This document shows, piece by piece, positions 12,850 to 27,293 of a stretch of 64,000 nucleotides of DNA. Under the pieces are notes generated by a model. It ran no database searches, was not told the DNA's origin, and saw nothing but the letters and a program-made list of their open reading frames with translations. The translations under genes were made by a program, and so were the position numbers. How positions within the stretch are numbered: the stretch's first letter is position 1; every line of letters starts with the position of its first letter. Source of the DNA: Vicugna vicugna (taxonomy: Eukaryota); the NCBI GenBank assembly GCA_013265495.1, contig MU058844.1:12360184-12424183 (forward strand), given 5' to 3'.

Positions 12850-13600
12850 CAGTTTGTTTCAACAAATATTTAAGAGTACTTTCTATAAGCCAGGCATTAG
12901 GTTCAGTGATAAGGATGTAGCTGTGAATCAGACATAGCTCCTAAAGTCTACATGCTTACAGGTTTGTGGTGATTACAGATCCTGAAACAGATCAATGTGT
13001 AAAGAGCACAGCTATCAGCACATAGACAGGCAGTAAAAGTGTCTGGGTTCAAATTCTAATGCTACCATATATGTTACTTGAATGCTCAATGCCTCAATTT
13101 CCTCAACTGTAAAATGGGAATAATAACTGTACCTGCCTTAAAGAGCTCTTGTGAGGATTAAATGAAAACATATATTTAAATTATTTAGAATGAACCCTAG
13201 TTAGAGTAAATACTCAATAATGGGGAGCTTTAGTCTTTGAAGTGAAATAAAATTGCCCAGGGAGACAAGAGAAGAGGGTTGTAAGACTGCAACCGTAAGG
13301 AGCTTTAGCATTTAAAGATTAGGAAGAGAAGGTGAAATCTCCAAAGGAAAATGAGAAATAGCCAAAGGTGATTTTTAAGAAGTCAGGGAATTTCAGTGTC
13401 ATAGAAATCAGGGAGAAAGTATGTTTATGAAAAAGGAGTTGACAAAACATACCAAAAATTAAGGAGAGTTCAAGTAAGGTGGGAACTAAATATTGTCCTT
13501 TGAACTCTGTAGGTCCTTTGTGGTCTTGACAAGAACCAATCAATGAAACAGTGTGAGTGGAAGTAAATACTGATGAAATGAAGAGTCCACGGGAAACGAG
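12850..13600 (-). mobile_element. L2 fragments with an internal MIR (~13020-13220)
   Basis: L2 3' end 'caacaaatatttaagagtactttctataagccaggc'; MIR 'ctgggttcaaattct...gcctcaatttcctcaactgtaaaatgggaataata'. Confidence 0.55.
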
Positions 13601-15261
13601 GAGGTCTGCCGTGCGGTGGGGGAGCCTGCTGGGTCAGCTGGACGGTCTTAGAGGACCCCAGAAGGTTCAGCTGGTTTCTTTTTTAAGACAGGAAAGTCTA
13701 GGTCTGTTCAAATACCTGAGATCCGTAAGTGGTTGGCCAATGTTGGAATCCTGAGCACATCCTTCTAACTTCCAAGGCACAGATCAACTATCTCTACTTT
13801 TGAGGAACCTTTCCTGATACGCTAAACTACGTTAAGTGATGGACCCAAAGAAAAATGCCCGCAGGCCTCTATGAAACCACTTATCATGCTGAAACTCTTG
13901 GTCTACTTACTTCACTCACTAAAATAGAATGCACTTCAGTGCAGGGATCACTTATCTACTCCCATGCCTCGCATGTTCATTTCACTACTCAAACAAGAAG
14001 GTCTAGCCGAAGAGTAAAATCAATTCCATCTACTTGTTAAACAAAAATGTCCAATTCTCCTCATTAAAAAATTTAAAAAAAAAAAAGTCTGGCCAGAGAC
14101 AAAGAACTTGGACTTTTTAAAAGGCCTAGATAAAGAGATACTTAACCTAGACTTGAACTTAACTGTTTAAAACATGTTAGAACAGATGAAGTTATACAGA
14201 TTAAAAGATTTCCTAACTTTCCTGTAAGTACCATTTTGTATGCACTTTTGTATCCTGCACTGAGTCCAGCAAGGCACTAAACATAAAGCAGGAAGTTGAA
14301 TAGAGATTTATTGATTCATCTCTCTTTTACCTGCATGAAATTTTGTACATACAAAGCAAAAACACTGCCACTGAATACTGTGGTAACAACAGTCATTTCT
14401 CTTCGGCGTTAGTGGAACAGCTTGTGTCACTCATCAATTTGACAAAACAATGTTCACACAAAACAGCAGGTAAATGAATCATGGTGAGTAAGACCATCCA
14501 TTTGCCACATAAAATAGATGTATTGGTCTCTCTGCAATATGCAATCTTCTTTAGCTGTCGGGCGATTAAATTGGCAGCTTAAGTTCTAATTGTTTAAATG
14601 CGTTGGTGTTGGAAACCAGCATAAAGTTAATCTGCTCTCAGGAACACCTCTGATGGGCAGGGAAGTTATACAGCAGCATAAAAATGAGATCTTTCCTAGT
14701 AAGAAAAATGGACAAGGTGATCAACCTATTGTTCTCTAGGATGAATCAGTACAGGACATTTTCCTTCTATGTAAAACACAGTCATTTTATTTTGTTGATG
14801 CCACTCCCTTCTGCCTCAGGCACAGATGTAGTGAGAGATTAAAAAGTCTGAAACACAGTGAGAACTCAAGTGTTCTGACTTTCAATTTTTCTTGACTAAA
14901 GAAATCTAACAAAGGATGTTATTTCCTGTCCCAGGACATCAGAAAAGTGTCACTAAATGTACATTTTCTGTGGCAGAGGTCACTGATTCATCTACAGCTG
15001 TGTTTTCAGAAGTAAAACAATATTTTCTGGAAGAAAAAAACATTTTAATAGGGCACATTTTAAGCTCTGCACTCAGGACAATACTTGGTTAAAAACATGA
15101 GCCCTATGATTAGGTGAATATTTTTAGGTCTGGGACAGAAGAAAATCCTTCTCTCGGTCATTTTGGCACAGCTGGGGACCCAAAGAAAGTTGAGACTTGT
15201 ATCCTTATTTCAAGCTATGAAATAAGATGCTGTGCTGGACAAGGACATGTAAAGTCTATGT

Positions 15262-16560
15262 GACTTCTGGGAAAGATGACTGCATGAGCACACGAGTCTG
15301 GCCCTCCTTCCAAAATCCCACTGAAGGGATCAATGGAATATTCAAATTGGAAATGTTGCCTTAGCACCAGACACCAGAAGGGATCTCCATTGCTCCATAC
15401 TAGAAATAAAAAAGGATGGAAAGCTCTGCGGCAATCAAAATAGTGGGCAATAAGTCAGAGGATACTTCAATCACCCTTGTTAACTAGAGGGAACATCCAG
15501 AGACAAGGGCAGAACACATGACTGTGGGTAGATTTCTTCTTCCTGCTCTTGCAGACTAACAGCACAGGACCCCACAGCCAACACTGGAAAGTGCCATCAT
15601 TTGCTCCCAGCACCGGGAGAACCAAAGCAGGCGTGGAAGTAGGTATATGGAACATGGGAGACAATTCATTTGTAGTGCCACACAGAGACCTAGCTCTGTG
15701 CCATGAGGTCCCCCAGCACCAGCTCCCTCTCTGACCCACTCATATTGATCATTGACTGTGGTCTTTTTGTTGATTTGGGTTTTTGCTTCTTCCCTGCTTC
15801 GTGTCTAGACTTGAAGGAACTCTGGGAAACATTTGGGGAGAATAGGAAACATGCCAAGTTCTAACAGCACCCACTCAACTCCTACAAAGGTTGGCAAGCA
15901 TAGGCGACCTTCTGGGAATAAAAGAAAACTGAAAAATCAGAAGACCTAAAAATTTTAAGAGTCTAAATGAAGGAAAGCACTTGAAAAAATGACATTTGTC
16001 CATTGACACAGCAGGTATTTTTTTGAGGACTTAAGGTCAAGCACTGTGCTTGGTGAAAAAAGGAAGACAAAACAGTCCAGACATCTTCTTTCTTTTGAGG
16101 AAGTAGCTGGCTGCCTCTAATACTGATTTACTACCAGAATCAAATAAATCTTTAGGAAATGTCTAATCCACGTATCAGCAAGATTCAAGGGACCCCTGAT
16201 CTGATAGTGCAGTAAGAGGGACAAATCTAAGATTAAAAACTCATTGAAAATGAAATCAGTGATTAAATTAAAGCCACAATGGAGGCACTTAAAATAAAAA
16301 AAATTTAAATCAAATGAGAAATTCACCCAGAACTCTCATGAAATCTCTAAAAAATTTAAACTATGGGAGAAAATACGTGAAAGAGAGAGAGAAGGAGAGA
16401 GAGAAGGAGGGAGAGATTGGAAGCTCCTGGTGCTTCAACCTGTGATCCATAGGAATTCCAGAAAGAAAGGAAATAATCAAAGCAATAATAGCAGAAAATT
16501 TTGCTGATAATATACCCCTCAAAAAAGGTATTGTGAAAACTGAATGATGTCCCAGTATCA
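15262..16560 (+). mobile_element. Ancient L1ME/HAL1-like 5' and ORF1 remnants
   Basis: 5'-end-like 'gacttctgggaaagatgac...ccttccaaaatcccactgaa'; ORF1-like 'ataggaattccagaaaga...aaataatcaaagcaataatagcagaaaattttgctga'. Confidence 0.45.
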
Positions 16561-19500
16561 CTCCTCAAATCTGGAGGTTAATGAGAACATGTGTTAACTG
16601 AAAACGTTCTGAAAGATTACCTTTTTCTGGGACATCTGACTTTCAACTAGAGTTTTGATGTGTATCAAGAAGCGTGTTAAGGAGTTTCATATAAATTAAG
16701 TCATTTCATTTAACTACTCAAAAAAGGAATGCATTTCTAAAGGTATAACTTCAGTTTGTCAGCGAGTCCTAAAACTTTGGCCAGTTTAAGACATTTCTCT
16801 GTCCCCTTGACAATTAAGAAGATATCAAGAAGCTAAAAATAAGAATTTAGTATTCAGTTCCTTGGAAACGTGTATTTTTATAAAATCCCATGTCATGGAA
16901 TTTAAGCCTTGAGGGTTGTCCAAAGAGCATAATTATTATATATCAAAGCAAACCCCCAAAAATAAGTATCTTCAGCTGCACCTAAGAGAAATAAAAGAAA
17001 TAGAGATTATCTTCACTTCTGCTCCACCGAAACTTCCCTACCAACCTTTAACAAAACGATGCGGCTTAGAAACTACTTATTGAGTGGGTTTTTTTCAAGT
17101 GTTTTGTTCACACAGCTCAAGAGAGAAGATTGTAAAAATAATCTATTGCAGTTAGATATAAAGTGGATCGGTCAAAGAATCTTGAAAAAAGCCACAATAT
17201 CACCACACTAACCAGACTTCAAGAAGCTCCTTTACTTGAACTTACACCCTTATGTGAACATTAAAAGTTAGACAACATTTAGAAAAAGATTCAACCTTCC
17301 ATTGTCCCAATTCCCAAAAGTTAATTAAATAAGGCTCAATGAGACTGCATGGGTCAAAATTTTGAAAATCTCCCTTTGATCACAGTAACATCTCTCTTCA
17401 GCTATATGCTTTTCCAAATACATTTAAGCTCTTATCACTTCTAGAATTTGATTGACTGAAAATCTCTCAATCTCACTGTTCTCAGTTCACTCCTAGGTAA
17501 AAAGGGAGTTGTACTACCTTAACTACTCACCTCACTGAATTATTTGGGAGGATCAAATAGGATAATGTAAACCAGAGCACTTGATGGTCAGTAACATACT
17601 GTAGAAAACTGCAAAAATCTCTACAATGTTTTTTCCTTTCATGTAGCCATTAGTGTTTGCTATGTGAATTTGTATCTTCTCCCATCAAGAAGTACATTTC
17701 CCCACCTCTAGAATCTGGGCTGAACTTTTGGCTTGCCCTGACCAATAGAAAGTGTCAGAAATAATATAATAACAGTTCTGACCTAGGCTTCAATAACCCT
17801 GCACAAGTCTGACCTCTATGGGGTGGGGTGAGAGTGGGAGGTGTGGGTTGGAAGGAGAGGACAGTCATGGTCCCCGTGAGCCAGCCAGCTAAGAACAGCT
17901 GAGCCCAGATCTTCAGTGCCACCCGGTCAACTCGGACTCATGAACTGTGCATGAACTACAGAGCTGATGACAGGACAACTCTAGAAGTTTTTGTTTATGC
18001 TTCTTTTCTAATGGTGGTTTCCATCTTTAAGGGGTTAAACATGAATCTGTAGAGGTTGACACACAGGACAATCCATGGGACAGAATCTGACCTAATTCAT
18101 TAAATTACAGATCTTAGAAGTCTTGTAAGCCTCCCATGACATATCCTCATGCCCTTAAAAATGTGTTGGTAACTCAATTATCTTCTTTGGGAATGAGTTC
18201 TTTCCCCCAAAGCATGTGAAAGCAAGAGTTCCAGATAAAGACTTAACTTCTATTTTTTCCCTGCTTAGTAATAAGTGTCAGAAAATCCTGGTAACTATAG
18301 AAAAACACATAAGATACCCCCCCTACAAGGGGAGCATAAACAAGCTTTTGTGTGGCTTCTATCATCTGTAATTTTTCTAATAAAAAGATCAATCATCAGA
18401 GGGGAGAAATTGGATGAGCATTGTTCACGAGTTAAGGGTTGATCAGGAGTGGAACAGTGATTTCTGGGGAGGAAGACAGGAAGAAGGAAACGGGGTGATG
18501 CTCTGGGTCTGACAGAAAGCCGACAACTGAGCCCAGTTCTGGGACCCATCTAGGGTGGAAGAGGTGTCCTGGGAAGGACTGACATGAATAAGATGATGCT
18601 GCAGTGACACCAGCTCAGGCCAGCCCAGAGGACCCATCCCTGCACCTGGTTTACAAAAGGCGACCAACCCAGTCAGCATCTACTCTGCCCCTCACACTGA
18701 TGCTCTGGTCACCCTCCTCCAGCACACTCCATCGGCATCTTCCAGCCCTAGAGAATATGCTGTTCCCCAGGAACACTCCTGGACAACTACTAGGAAGGGA
18801 GGGAGGTGTACCTCAGAGCTGCTGCTCCATCTATCAGAAGGTAGGAGAGTTCAGGACCTTGGGGCCAGACTCAGGACATTGGTGAACTCCAAATCAAGGA
18901 GAGGGAAGAGTGAAAACCAAGATTATACTCTTATAAATGGACACTGGGAAGGGCCACCTCTCCCCAACCTCCATAAAGTCCTCCAGGCCATTCCAGGCAA
19001 TGCCGAATCCTATGCTGAACACAACAGTCAATCTGGTCCCCCCATCTCACATCCAATCCTTCTTCCAGATGACAGGCTTTAAACTACTTGATAGCAGCTT
19101 TCATGCCCCCTCCGTCTTCCTTCCTCTGGGCTAAGTTTCCCTTGATCCTTCAATTAGAAAATAAGTATGCCTGAATGGAGTCATTTGAACAAAATTCCCA
19201 GCAGCCTCACTGAAGCAGGGAAACCCATCTGTAACCATCAGTGTAAACATTAAATTGGGGAATCGCCCTGATACTGTGTACAAGACAGCCATCAACACAG
19301 TGGGCCCTGTTAAACAAAGTCATCAGCATTGGAGTGATGAAAATTACACAAATTAAAAAGCTACATACAAGTGAACAAAAGATTGTCTCGCTTTGTAAGT
19401 GAATTGTCTGGCATTGTTCAAAATGGTTTCCTAGGCACTGGTCTTGCTGTTCACACAACTGTAAGCTCTTTTGGGGGCAGAGCCAGCATTTCCTATCGCT

Positions 19501-19886
19501 TCCCTGGAACCATCCTGCCCAGATGTGGGCACACAGTTTGCACTTAGTACATCCTTAATGAGATGTCTGTGAATTGAATATATGCTTTGTCTGCATTGCA
19601 TCATCTCCAAAGCCAGAGGATAGAGGTTTCTACCAAAGACTGCACTGAGGTATACGTTTGTGCTAAGAAACTGGCATGCTGAAAGTGGAACTCCAAGATA
19701 GAATAAATTCACTTTTATGCAGAATAACCCAATTCACAGACTCCCACGCAGCCCTAATGAAGCTACACCCTGTATTTGATTGACACTGGAATTACAGGCC
19801 TGAAAATGTGAATGAACTTTCACTGGAAAAAGTCTTAGAATCCTGTTTTCCAAGAGGATCTTCATAATCAATAGGATAATATTTTT

Positions 19887-22181
19887 TCTAATTGTAATAA
19901 AAAATAATTGAGATACATCACTGTATAAGTTTACGGTGTACAGTATAATGGTTCAATTTACATATATGATATATGACAATAGATTCAGCTAATATGCATC
20001 TTCTCATACAGATACAATAAGAAGAAAAGAAAGAAGAAAAGAAAAAAAGGAAAAGTTTCTCCTTGGGAGGAGAACTCTTAGGATTTACTCTCTTAACTTT
20101 CCTATATATCACACAGTAGTGTTAGTTACAGTCATCATGTTGTACATTACGTCTCTAGTACTTACTCATCTTACAGTTGGAAGCTTGTACCTTTTGACCA
20201 CCTGCCTCCGATTCCCCCTCCTCCAACCCTCTGCCTCTAGTAATTACTTTTATCTCTTATTCTACGAAATTTGTTTTGTTTTTTTTTTAGATTCCATATA
20301 TGAGATCATACAGTATTCATCTTTCTCTGTATGACTTATTTCACTTAGCATAATGCCTTCAAGGTCCATCCAAATTGTCACAAATGGTAGAATTTCCTCG
20401 TTTTTTATGGCTGAAGGATATTTCATTGTATATATATATGCACCACACCTCTTTTATCTGCTCATCCATCAATTTATACTTATGCTGCTTCCATGTCTTG
20501 GCTACTGTAAGTAATGCTGCTATGAACATGGGAGGGCAGACATCTTTCCAAGTTAGTCTTTTCATTTCCTCTGGATGTATTTCCAGAAGTAGAATTGCTG
20601 TATCATATGGTAGTTCTATTTTTAGTTTTATGAGGATCCTCCATACTGTTTTCCATAGTGGTTGTGCCAATTTAAAATCCCACCGACAGTACACAGTTCC
20701 CCTTTTCTACACATTCTTATCAGTGTTCGTTCTCTCTCTTGTCTTCTTGATGGTGGTCATCTAACAGGTGTGAGGTGTTATCTTGTGGTTTTAACTTGCA
20801 TTTCCGTAATGACTAGTGATGCTGAGCATCTTTTCATATACTTGCTGGCCTTTCGTGTATCTTCTTGGAAAAAATGTCTATTCAGATCTTTTGCCCATTT
20901 TTTAATTGAGTTATTTGATTTTTTTGCTATTGCATTGTATGAGTTCTTTATATGTTTTGGATATTTACCCCTTATCAGTATATGGTTTGAAAATATTTTT
21001 CGCATTCCATAGGTTAGCTTTTCACTTTGTTGATGGTGACTTTTGCTGTGCAGAAGCTTTTTAGTTTGTTGTAATCCCACTTGTTTATTGCTTATTTTCT
21101 TGACTGTTCTTAAGCTGTCATATCTAAAAAAATCACTACCAAGACCCATGTCCAGGAGATTTGTGCCTATGTTTTCTTCTAGGAGTTTCATGATTCCAGG
21201 TATTACATTTAAGTCTTTAATCCATTTCAAGTTCACGTTTGTGAGTGGTAGAAGGTATGGGTCCAGTTTCATTTTACATGTGAATACCAATTACCGCAGT
21301 ATCATTTATTGAAGAGACTGTCTTTTCTCCATTGGCTCCCTTGTCAAATATCAGTTGACTGTATATGCTTGGGTTTATTTCTGAGCTCTCAATTCTGTTC
21401 CATTGGTCTATTTGTCAGTTTTTAAGCCAGTCAAATACTATTTTGATGACTAAAGCTTTATAATACAAATTGAAATGTGCTATCTCCTGCTTTCTTCTTC
21501 ATTTTCAGGGTCATTTGTGGTTCTATATAAATTTTAGGGGTGTTTTTTCTACTTCTATAAAAAAATGCCTTTGGAATCTTGATAGAGATTGCATTGAACC
21601 GATAGATGGCTTTTGTAGTATTGACATTTTAACAATCTTAATTCTTCCATCCATGAATACAGGATACCTTTCCATTTTTATTTGTGTCATCTTTAATTTC
21701 TGTCACCAAAGTCTTGTAGTTTTCAGCATAGAAGATATTTTACCTCCTTAAATTTATTCCTAATTATTTTTGATGCTATTGTAAATGGGATCAATTTCTG
21801 TATTTCTTTTTCAGGAATTTTATTAGTGTATAGCAACAATACTGATTAATTTTATATCAAGCAACTCTTCTGAATTCATTGTTTAGATCTAACAGATTTT
21901 TGGCTGAATCTTTAGGATTTTCTGTATGTAAAATCATGTAATCTGCAAAGAGAGACAACTTTAATTCTTCTTTTCCAATTCTAATACCTTTTTTCTTTGC
22001 CTCACTGCTCTATGTAGGACTTCCAATACTATGTCGAATAAAAGTGGTCGGACTGGGCACCCATGTCTTGTTCCTGGTCTCAGAGGAAAGTTCAGCCTTT
22101 CACCACTGAGTATGATGTTACCTATGGGCTTGTCACATGGTCTTTATTATGTTGAAATATTTTCCTTCTTTGCCTAATTTG
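19887..22181 (-). mobile_element. 5'-truncated L1 (3' part of ORF2 plus 3' UTR), ~2.3 kb
   Basis: Minus ORFs 20778-21290 and 20359-20694 match the L1 ORF2 C-terminus (KLDPYL.P.T..N.KWIKDLN; QPLWKTVWR.L..LKIELPYD.AI.LL.I.P); TSD aat(a/g)ggataa(t/c)attttt at 19870-19886 and 22182-22198. Confidence 0.92.
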
Positions 22182-22419
22182 AATGGGATAACATTTTTAG
22201 AGAAATCTGATATGGCTTAATACCACAAAAAATAAGGATGAAACAGTTTGAATAATTTCAAATGTAGTTACATATCATAAAACTAATTTAACCATTTGTA
22301 TCTTTATTTATTCAATACGTATTTATTTATTACTTGCTGTATGCCAAAGTACTAGCCTGAAATCCTGAATGAAATTAGTCAACTCTTGCTAACTATTGCT
22401 AATTGAATTAGTCAACTAT

Positions 22420-22865
22420 TGGTGCAATAATTTTGTAGAAGAAAAAAAAAAACAAAGTCCTAGTTGCTTACAACAACAAATATGTATTTTTCTTGCTCAT
22501 AGGTCTGCATTTCATTAAGGATTCAACTGGGTTTAAATCCAAGTTATATTGAGTCTTGGTTTATATCAAGTGTTTTCATTCTGGGACCAGAAGCTACTCA
22601 TAGTATGATCCTCATATAGAGGACTACAGGAGGGGCCAGTGGAGACACACCATATCACTCAAGGACAATTCTAGAAACAATTATGGCTACCTACCTTCCC
22701 TTGGCTAAAGAAAAGCATATAGCAAAGTTCAACATCAGTGCAATAAGGAAGCAAAATCTGCCTGATCTAGTGTGAGGAGCTAAAAGGTCACATAGTAAAA
22801 GACATGGATATATACATTTTTATACAGGAACAATAAAAGAATTAGGAAAAATAATCCAATCTACT
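22420..22865 (-). mobile_element. MaLR MLT1-type LTR
   Basis: 'tagttgcttacaacaacaaatatgtatttttcttgctcat...ccttggctaaagaaaagcatatagcaaag...ataatccaatctac'. Confidence 0.55.
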
Positions 22866-22979
22866 ATCAAGGCATGACTGTGTGCTCATGGAGCTCAGGT
22901 ATGAGGGAAAAAAAATTAAGCATATGATTAAGTTCAGCAGAAATTCACTGAGTAATTTTAATGGTGCTACATTTACTGA

Positions 22980-23270
22980 ATATATTATAAGATCATATTT
23001 GCTGCTGTTGGCAGAACAAGGGGCAGGAATGTAAGCAAGGAGATGAGTTAGGAAGCCATAACAATTGTCTGAGAGGGAGCTGATGATGTCATGGGCTATG
23101 ATGATGACAGAGATGATGGAGGGCAGTGGATGGAGTTAAGGTGTATTTCAGTGGATGTGGCTGGTCACTATTAGATGCTGGGGTGGGAAAAAGGCATATT
23201 AGAAGAATGTCACTTGAGATTCTGACTTGAATATCAAGGAAAATGATGCTGAAATGGGAAACATGAAGGG
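22980..23270 (-). mobile_element. L2 fragment
   Basis: 'aagatcatatttgctgctg...gagttaggaagccataacaattgtctgagagggagctgatg'. Confidence 0.5.
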
Positions 23271-23519
23271 GAGAGTGTCATAGTCTTCATGGTTAATTCC
23301 CCCAATTAATTCCTTCAAAATGATAGATTAATCTGAGCCAGTAGTCCTAAACACACCATGCTCTTCCCCTTGACCCCTCACGCCCCCACCACTGCTTCAG
23401 GGGGTTCTCAGAAAATATGAGGTAGGGGAAGTTTGAGGGTTTCTAGTGACTGAGAAGTGCTATTGGTATTTTCATTTGGCCTTCCAGAATGGTAAACATC
23501 CTGAGATGCACAGGGCAGG

Positions 23520-24031
23520 CTCACAAAGCAAAGATTTGAGTTGTCCCACCTGAAGCACCGATACACCCTGCTGAACTGAAGCCTATTAAGATAATCCCAT
23601 TCCATGCACTAACAACTGGGTTAGGAATAGACCTGTCTGTAACTGTGTCCCAACCAACTATGTCCCAGTGAGACAGGAGGAGAAACAGTCTAGAGAACGT
23701 CCATGAAAGATTCCTTACCCATAGGAGAGAGACACAGGAAGACGAAGGAAGAAATGGTCCCTTCTCCCCCTCAACACTGTTTAGATTGTGATGCTTGGAA
23801 CTTCTGCAAACATCTTATGAATAAGATGGAGGCCAGTCTAAAGCTAATGAGGATGAAAGAAGAAAACAGTGATAGAAGTAGGACCTTGACAACGTCACTG
23901 AGCTGCTGAATCAAACAACCACCACTTCCCCACCCTCAAACATGATGTTAGATAATACATCTCCTTACAGTTTAAGTCAGCTTGAGTTGGACTTTTTTTG
24001 CTACTTGAGTAAGAAAGTGTCCTAAATAACA
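23520..24031 (+). mobile_element. MaLR MLT1-type LTR
   Basis: 'cccattccatgc...actggttaggaatagacc...gagctgctgaatcaa...tttaagtcagcttgagttggacttttttgctacttg...cctaaataaca'. Confidence 0.55.
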
Positions 24032-24577
24032 GAGGAGGGAAACAGGTTTAGGTGTCAAAAAAATTTGCGTCCCGTTTTATAAGAGAGCTGGGTATGTGAG
24101 GCCAGACCTCTCAGTAAGAGGGTCTGGAGTGTATAAGCAAGACCAGACCTACCCATGGTATCAACCCTGGCAGACTACATGTGATGAGTAAATACACTGT
24201 AGGAAGTGCAGTGAACTAGACCTTCACAGTTTATTACCAGCAAAGATGGCAGACCTAAGATCACTGGGCATTTTGACGAATGACCCTGGCTTTTCTGACA
24301 GTATAGGCAAGATGACTACTCATCTCAAAGTCATGAAGCAAATACTTATTTATGTCCTCTAGTTGTTCCATGGCTACCTGGTTGCTTCTCCCCAACTAAA
24401 TTATAATCTGCTAAAATTATTCATTCCACATCCACCATAGAACCAAACAAAATTCAAGGCACTCAGCAGGTATTAAACAAGTGTTCACTGAATCAAAATT
24501 GTTCAAAACATCTGTTGCATTTTCACAGTCGTTAGGTAAAGAATAATTCTGTGGACTATATCATGTGTCTTAACCTA

Positions 24578-24800
24578 CAGGTCGCAAACTGGAGACCCAG
24601 AGGAATGTAACTGTGTGGTTTAATGTTTCAGAAATTTTGAATTATGTAGACATCAGTATTTAAAATTTCAGCAATTTCACAATGAAATCTGGATGTCTGG
24701 CTTCCAGTGATGATGTGGTCCCATTTTCCTGCCTATCAACGAGCTAGAGCTGAAAAAAGGGCACTGCCCTCCATCATGCAGTCTCCAAAGCCAGCTTCAC
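24578..24800. mobile_element. hAT-Charlie MER-like fragment
   Basis: 'caggtcgcaaactggagaccc...aatttcacaatgaaatctggatgtctggcttcc'. Confidence 0.45.
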
Positions 24801-26923
24801 TCACATTTGAGTGAGTGCCCCTTACTTAATCTCTCTGGGAGCAGGGCTTACTTCATCACAACCAATGGATTGAACCAAGTGATCCTGTTCTAACATTGCA
24901 TAAGTCTAAAAGCCTGTCTTTTATAATAATGCAGTAAATTAGTGAAATTTAAGATTGTTCTTCCCTTCTTGTCCATCCCTCCTGAGTATTTAGCCACAAT
25001 ACTGCCTGTCCTTAGTTTTAGCCTACAGGTATACTACCCAGTGAAAACAGAATAGTCAGAGTTGGTCTATTCAGCCTCCACATGGATTGGATAAACCTTC
25101 AGTTTTCCTTGTTTTCTACAAGAGAGTGCCTTCCATTAGGATGCTGAAAACCTACTAACCAGGTAAGAGCCAAATAAAGCTGCCATCTATGGAAATGACT
25201 CAACCAGCAAGAAGAGGAGTCGTGACTGGTCCCTTCCTCTTAATACCGAAGGAAAGGGGAAGAGCTTTAAAAAATGTTTTTCACCTGTGTGATGATCCAT
25301 TCAAAACAAAAATTTAACTATTTATATGTCAAGATAAATGTAATAATAATTTATTACTGGATTAATAGTGGAGACCTCAGCTGGACACTATGAACTTTTA
25401 TTTATGACTGCCTATTTTTTGATGGAGTATTACCTATTTTCAATCCTATTGAGATATTCTAAGAACACATTTTTCAGCTCTTGTGCCCTCCTGCTGTTCT
25501 ATTCACTCTGTGGCACTAACAGTCCTCCCTCATTTAATCCATTTGAAAGACACATAAAGAGGTCAGACATCAGGATTTCAGCTTATTTTCCCTTCTCAAC
25601 TAAGGTTTCCTAAAATAAAATGAAGCCACGGTCAATAGCTCTATTAAGCAACAATTGTAAATTTTGGTACAAGGGTACATAGGGCTACCCTCTTCTTAAC
25701 TCTAGAAACTGTGTATCTAAACTCCTCTTCTGCAAGGCACTATATATAAGGGCTTTGTATTGACACCTAGTAGATGATACTAACATAAAAAAGCAAGATT
25801 TGGTGTTTCTCACGCAGAGAAAATAGGAAGCTAACACCCCTGAGAGCAATGAATTGGACAAATATGGACCTTTATGTCATTTATGTCAACCAAGGCAAGA
25901 AGTGTAGGAAGGCAGAAATGTAAATCAGTTGCTCCAACGGTCACGGAAACACTGTGACTGTTAAGTTTAGCCTGTAATAAGAATGAAAAATGAGATCACC
26001 ACTCCATTTGTCTTCAAAAAATTCTTTTTCTCTCTTGAATCTATAATATCCTGATGCTTTTACTGCACAAATATAATGCACTCCTTTTTACCCTGACTCA
26101 ACAATGTGCTTAAACAGTATGCAATTAGAGACAGACAAGCAGCAATAAGTAGTAATAGAGAAAATGATCTTTTATTCATGCAAAATGTTATAGAAAAGAT
26201 GACCAAGTTTCAAGATCATGTTGACTTGAAAATTTTTTTCAGCTATGAAAGAATGTATTTTAAACAGTAAAGTACATGTGAAAGTTTTCAAATGTAATTA
26301 TACCAAGGAGTAATTGTACCAAACAGGTCTCAACTTCCATATTTAAGGAGAGAGACCTTTCACCAAGACATTTAGGAAAGATGTTTGAGCTTCTGCACTG
26401 TCTAAGCACTGCAGTTAGTGTATGATGTGATTCATGAGCATAACATTATCCAGCAGGCTTCACTACTCTGTATTCCACTTATGCCCTCCCTCAAAGAGAC
26501 ACAGAATGTCCAATAAAGCTTGAATCAATAGCATAAGACAAATTAGCACGGGTGAAATGCCTACTTGTCATTGCTTCAGATACAGATGTAATGCTTCAGG
26601 ATGCCTCCTTTATCTACATTTTGATAAATTCTTTTCACAATCATATCTTCTATCATTTCTGGCCAGTTCCACACTGTTTTTAAACTTTAAGAATAGAATT
26701 TGAATTCCTTTATTCCAAATGGATTATTTTAACCTTTTTTACACTTAATGGAAGAATATAAGTATCTACTCTGAGTACAAATAAAGTATATATTGCTGAT
26801 GTAATCTAGAATATAGGAATGGAGTCCATTATTATAATGTTATTCTGGAATAAATTATTATATGGCATGTATAGACATACGTGTTCAAATTAAAAATTTG
26901 TCCTATGAATTCTCTGATTTAGA

Positions 26924-27293
26924 AATATGATAGCACTCAAATGTGAAATCTAAAAGAAGGAAAAAGGATAAAGAGGGCACTAATGAACTCATCTACAAAA
27001 CAGAAACAGACTCGTAGGCATAGTAAAAACTCTTATGGTTACCGGGGAAAGAGATAAATTTGGGAGTTTGAGATTTGCAAATGTTAACCACTATATATAA
27101 AAATAGATTAAAAAAACAAATTTCTCCTGTGCAGCATAGGGAACTATATTCAATATCTTGTGATAGCCTTTAATGAAAAAGAATATGAAAATGAATATAT
27201 GTTATGTATCTGCATGACTGGGACATTATGCTATGCACCAGAAATTGACACATTGTAACTGGCTATACTCCAATAAAAAAATAAAATAAAATA
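26924..27293 (+). mobile_element. Lineage-specific L1 3' UTR fragment
   Basis: 'aatgaactcatctacaaaacagaaacagactc...agcatagggaactatattcaatatcttg...gaaattgacacattgtaactg' plus A-rich tail. Confidence 0.85.

Noticed and set aside
20359..21290. 111-aa and 170-aa minus ORFs as genes
   Set aside because: They are frameshifted L1 ORF2 remnants in a 5'-truncated element and cannot encode an active protein.
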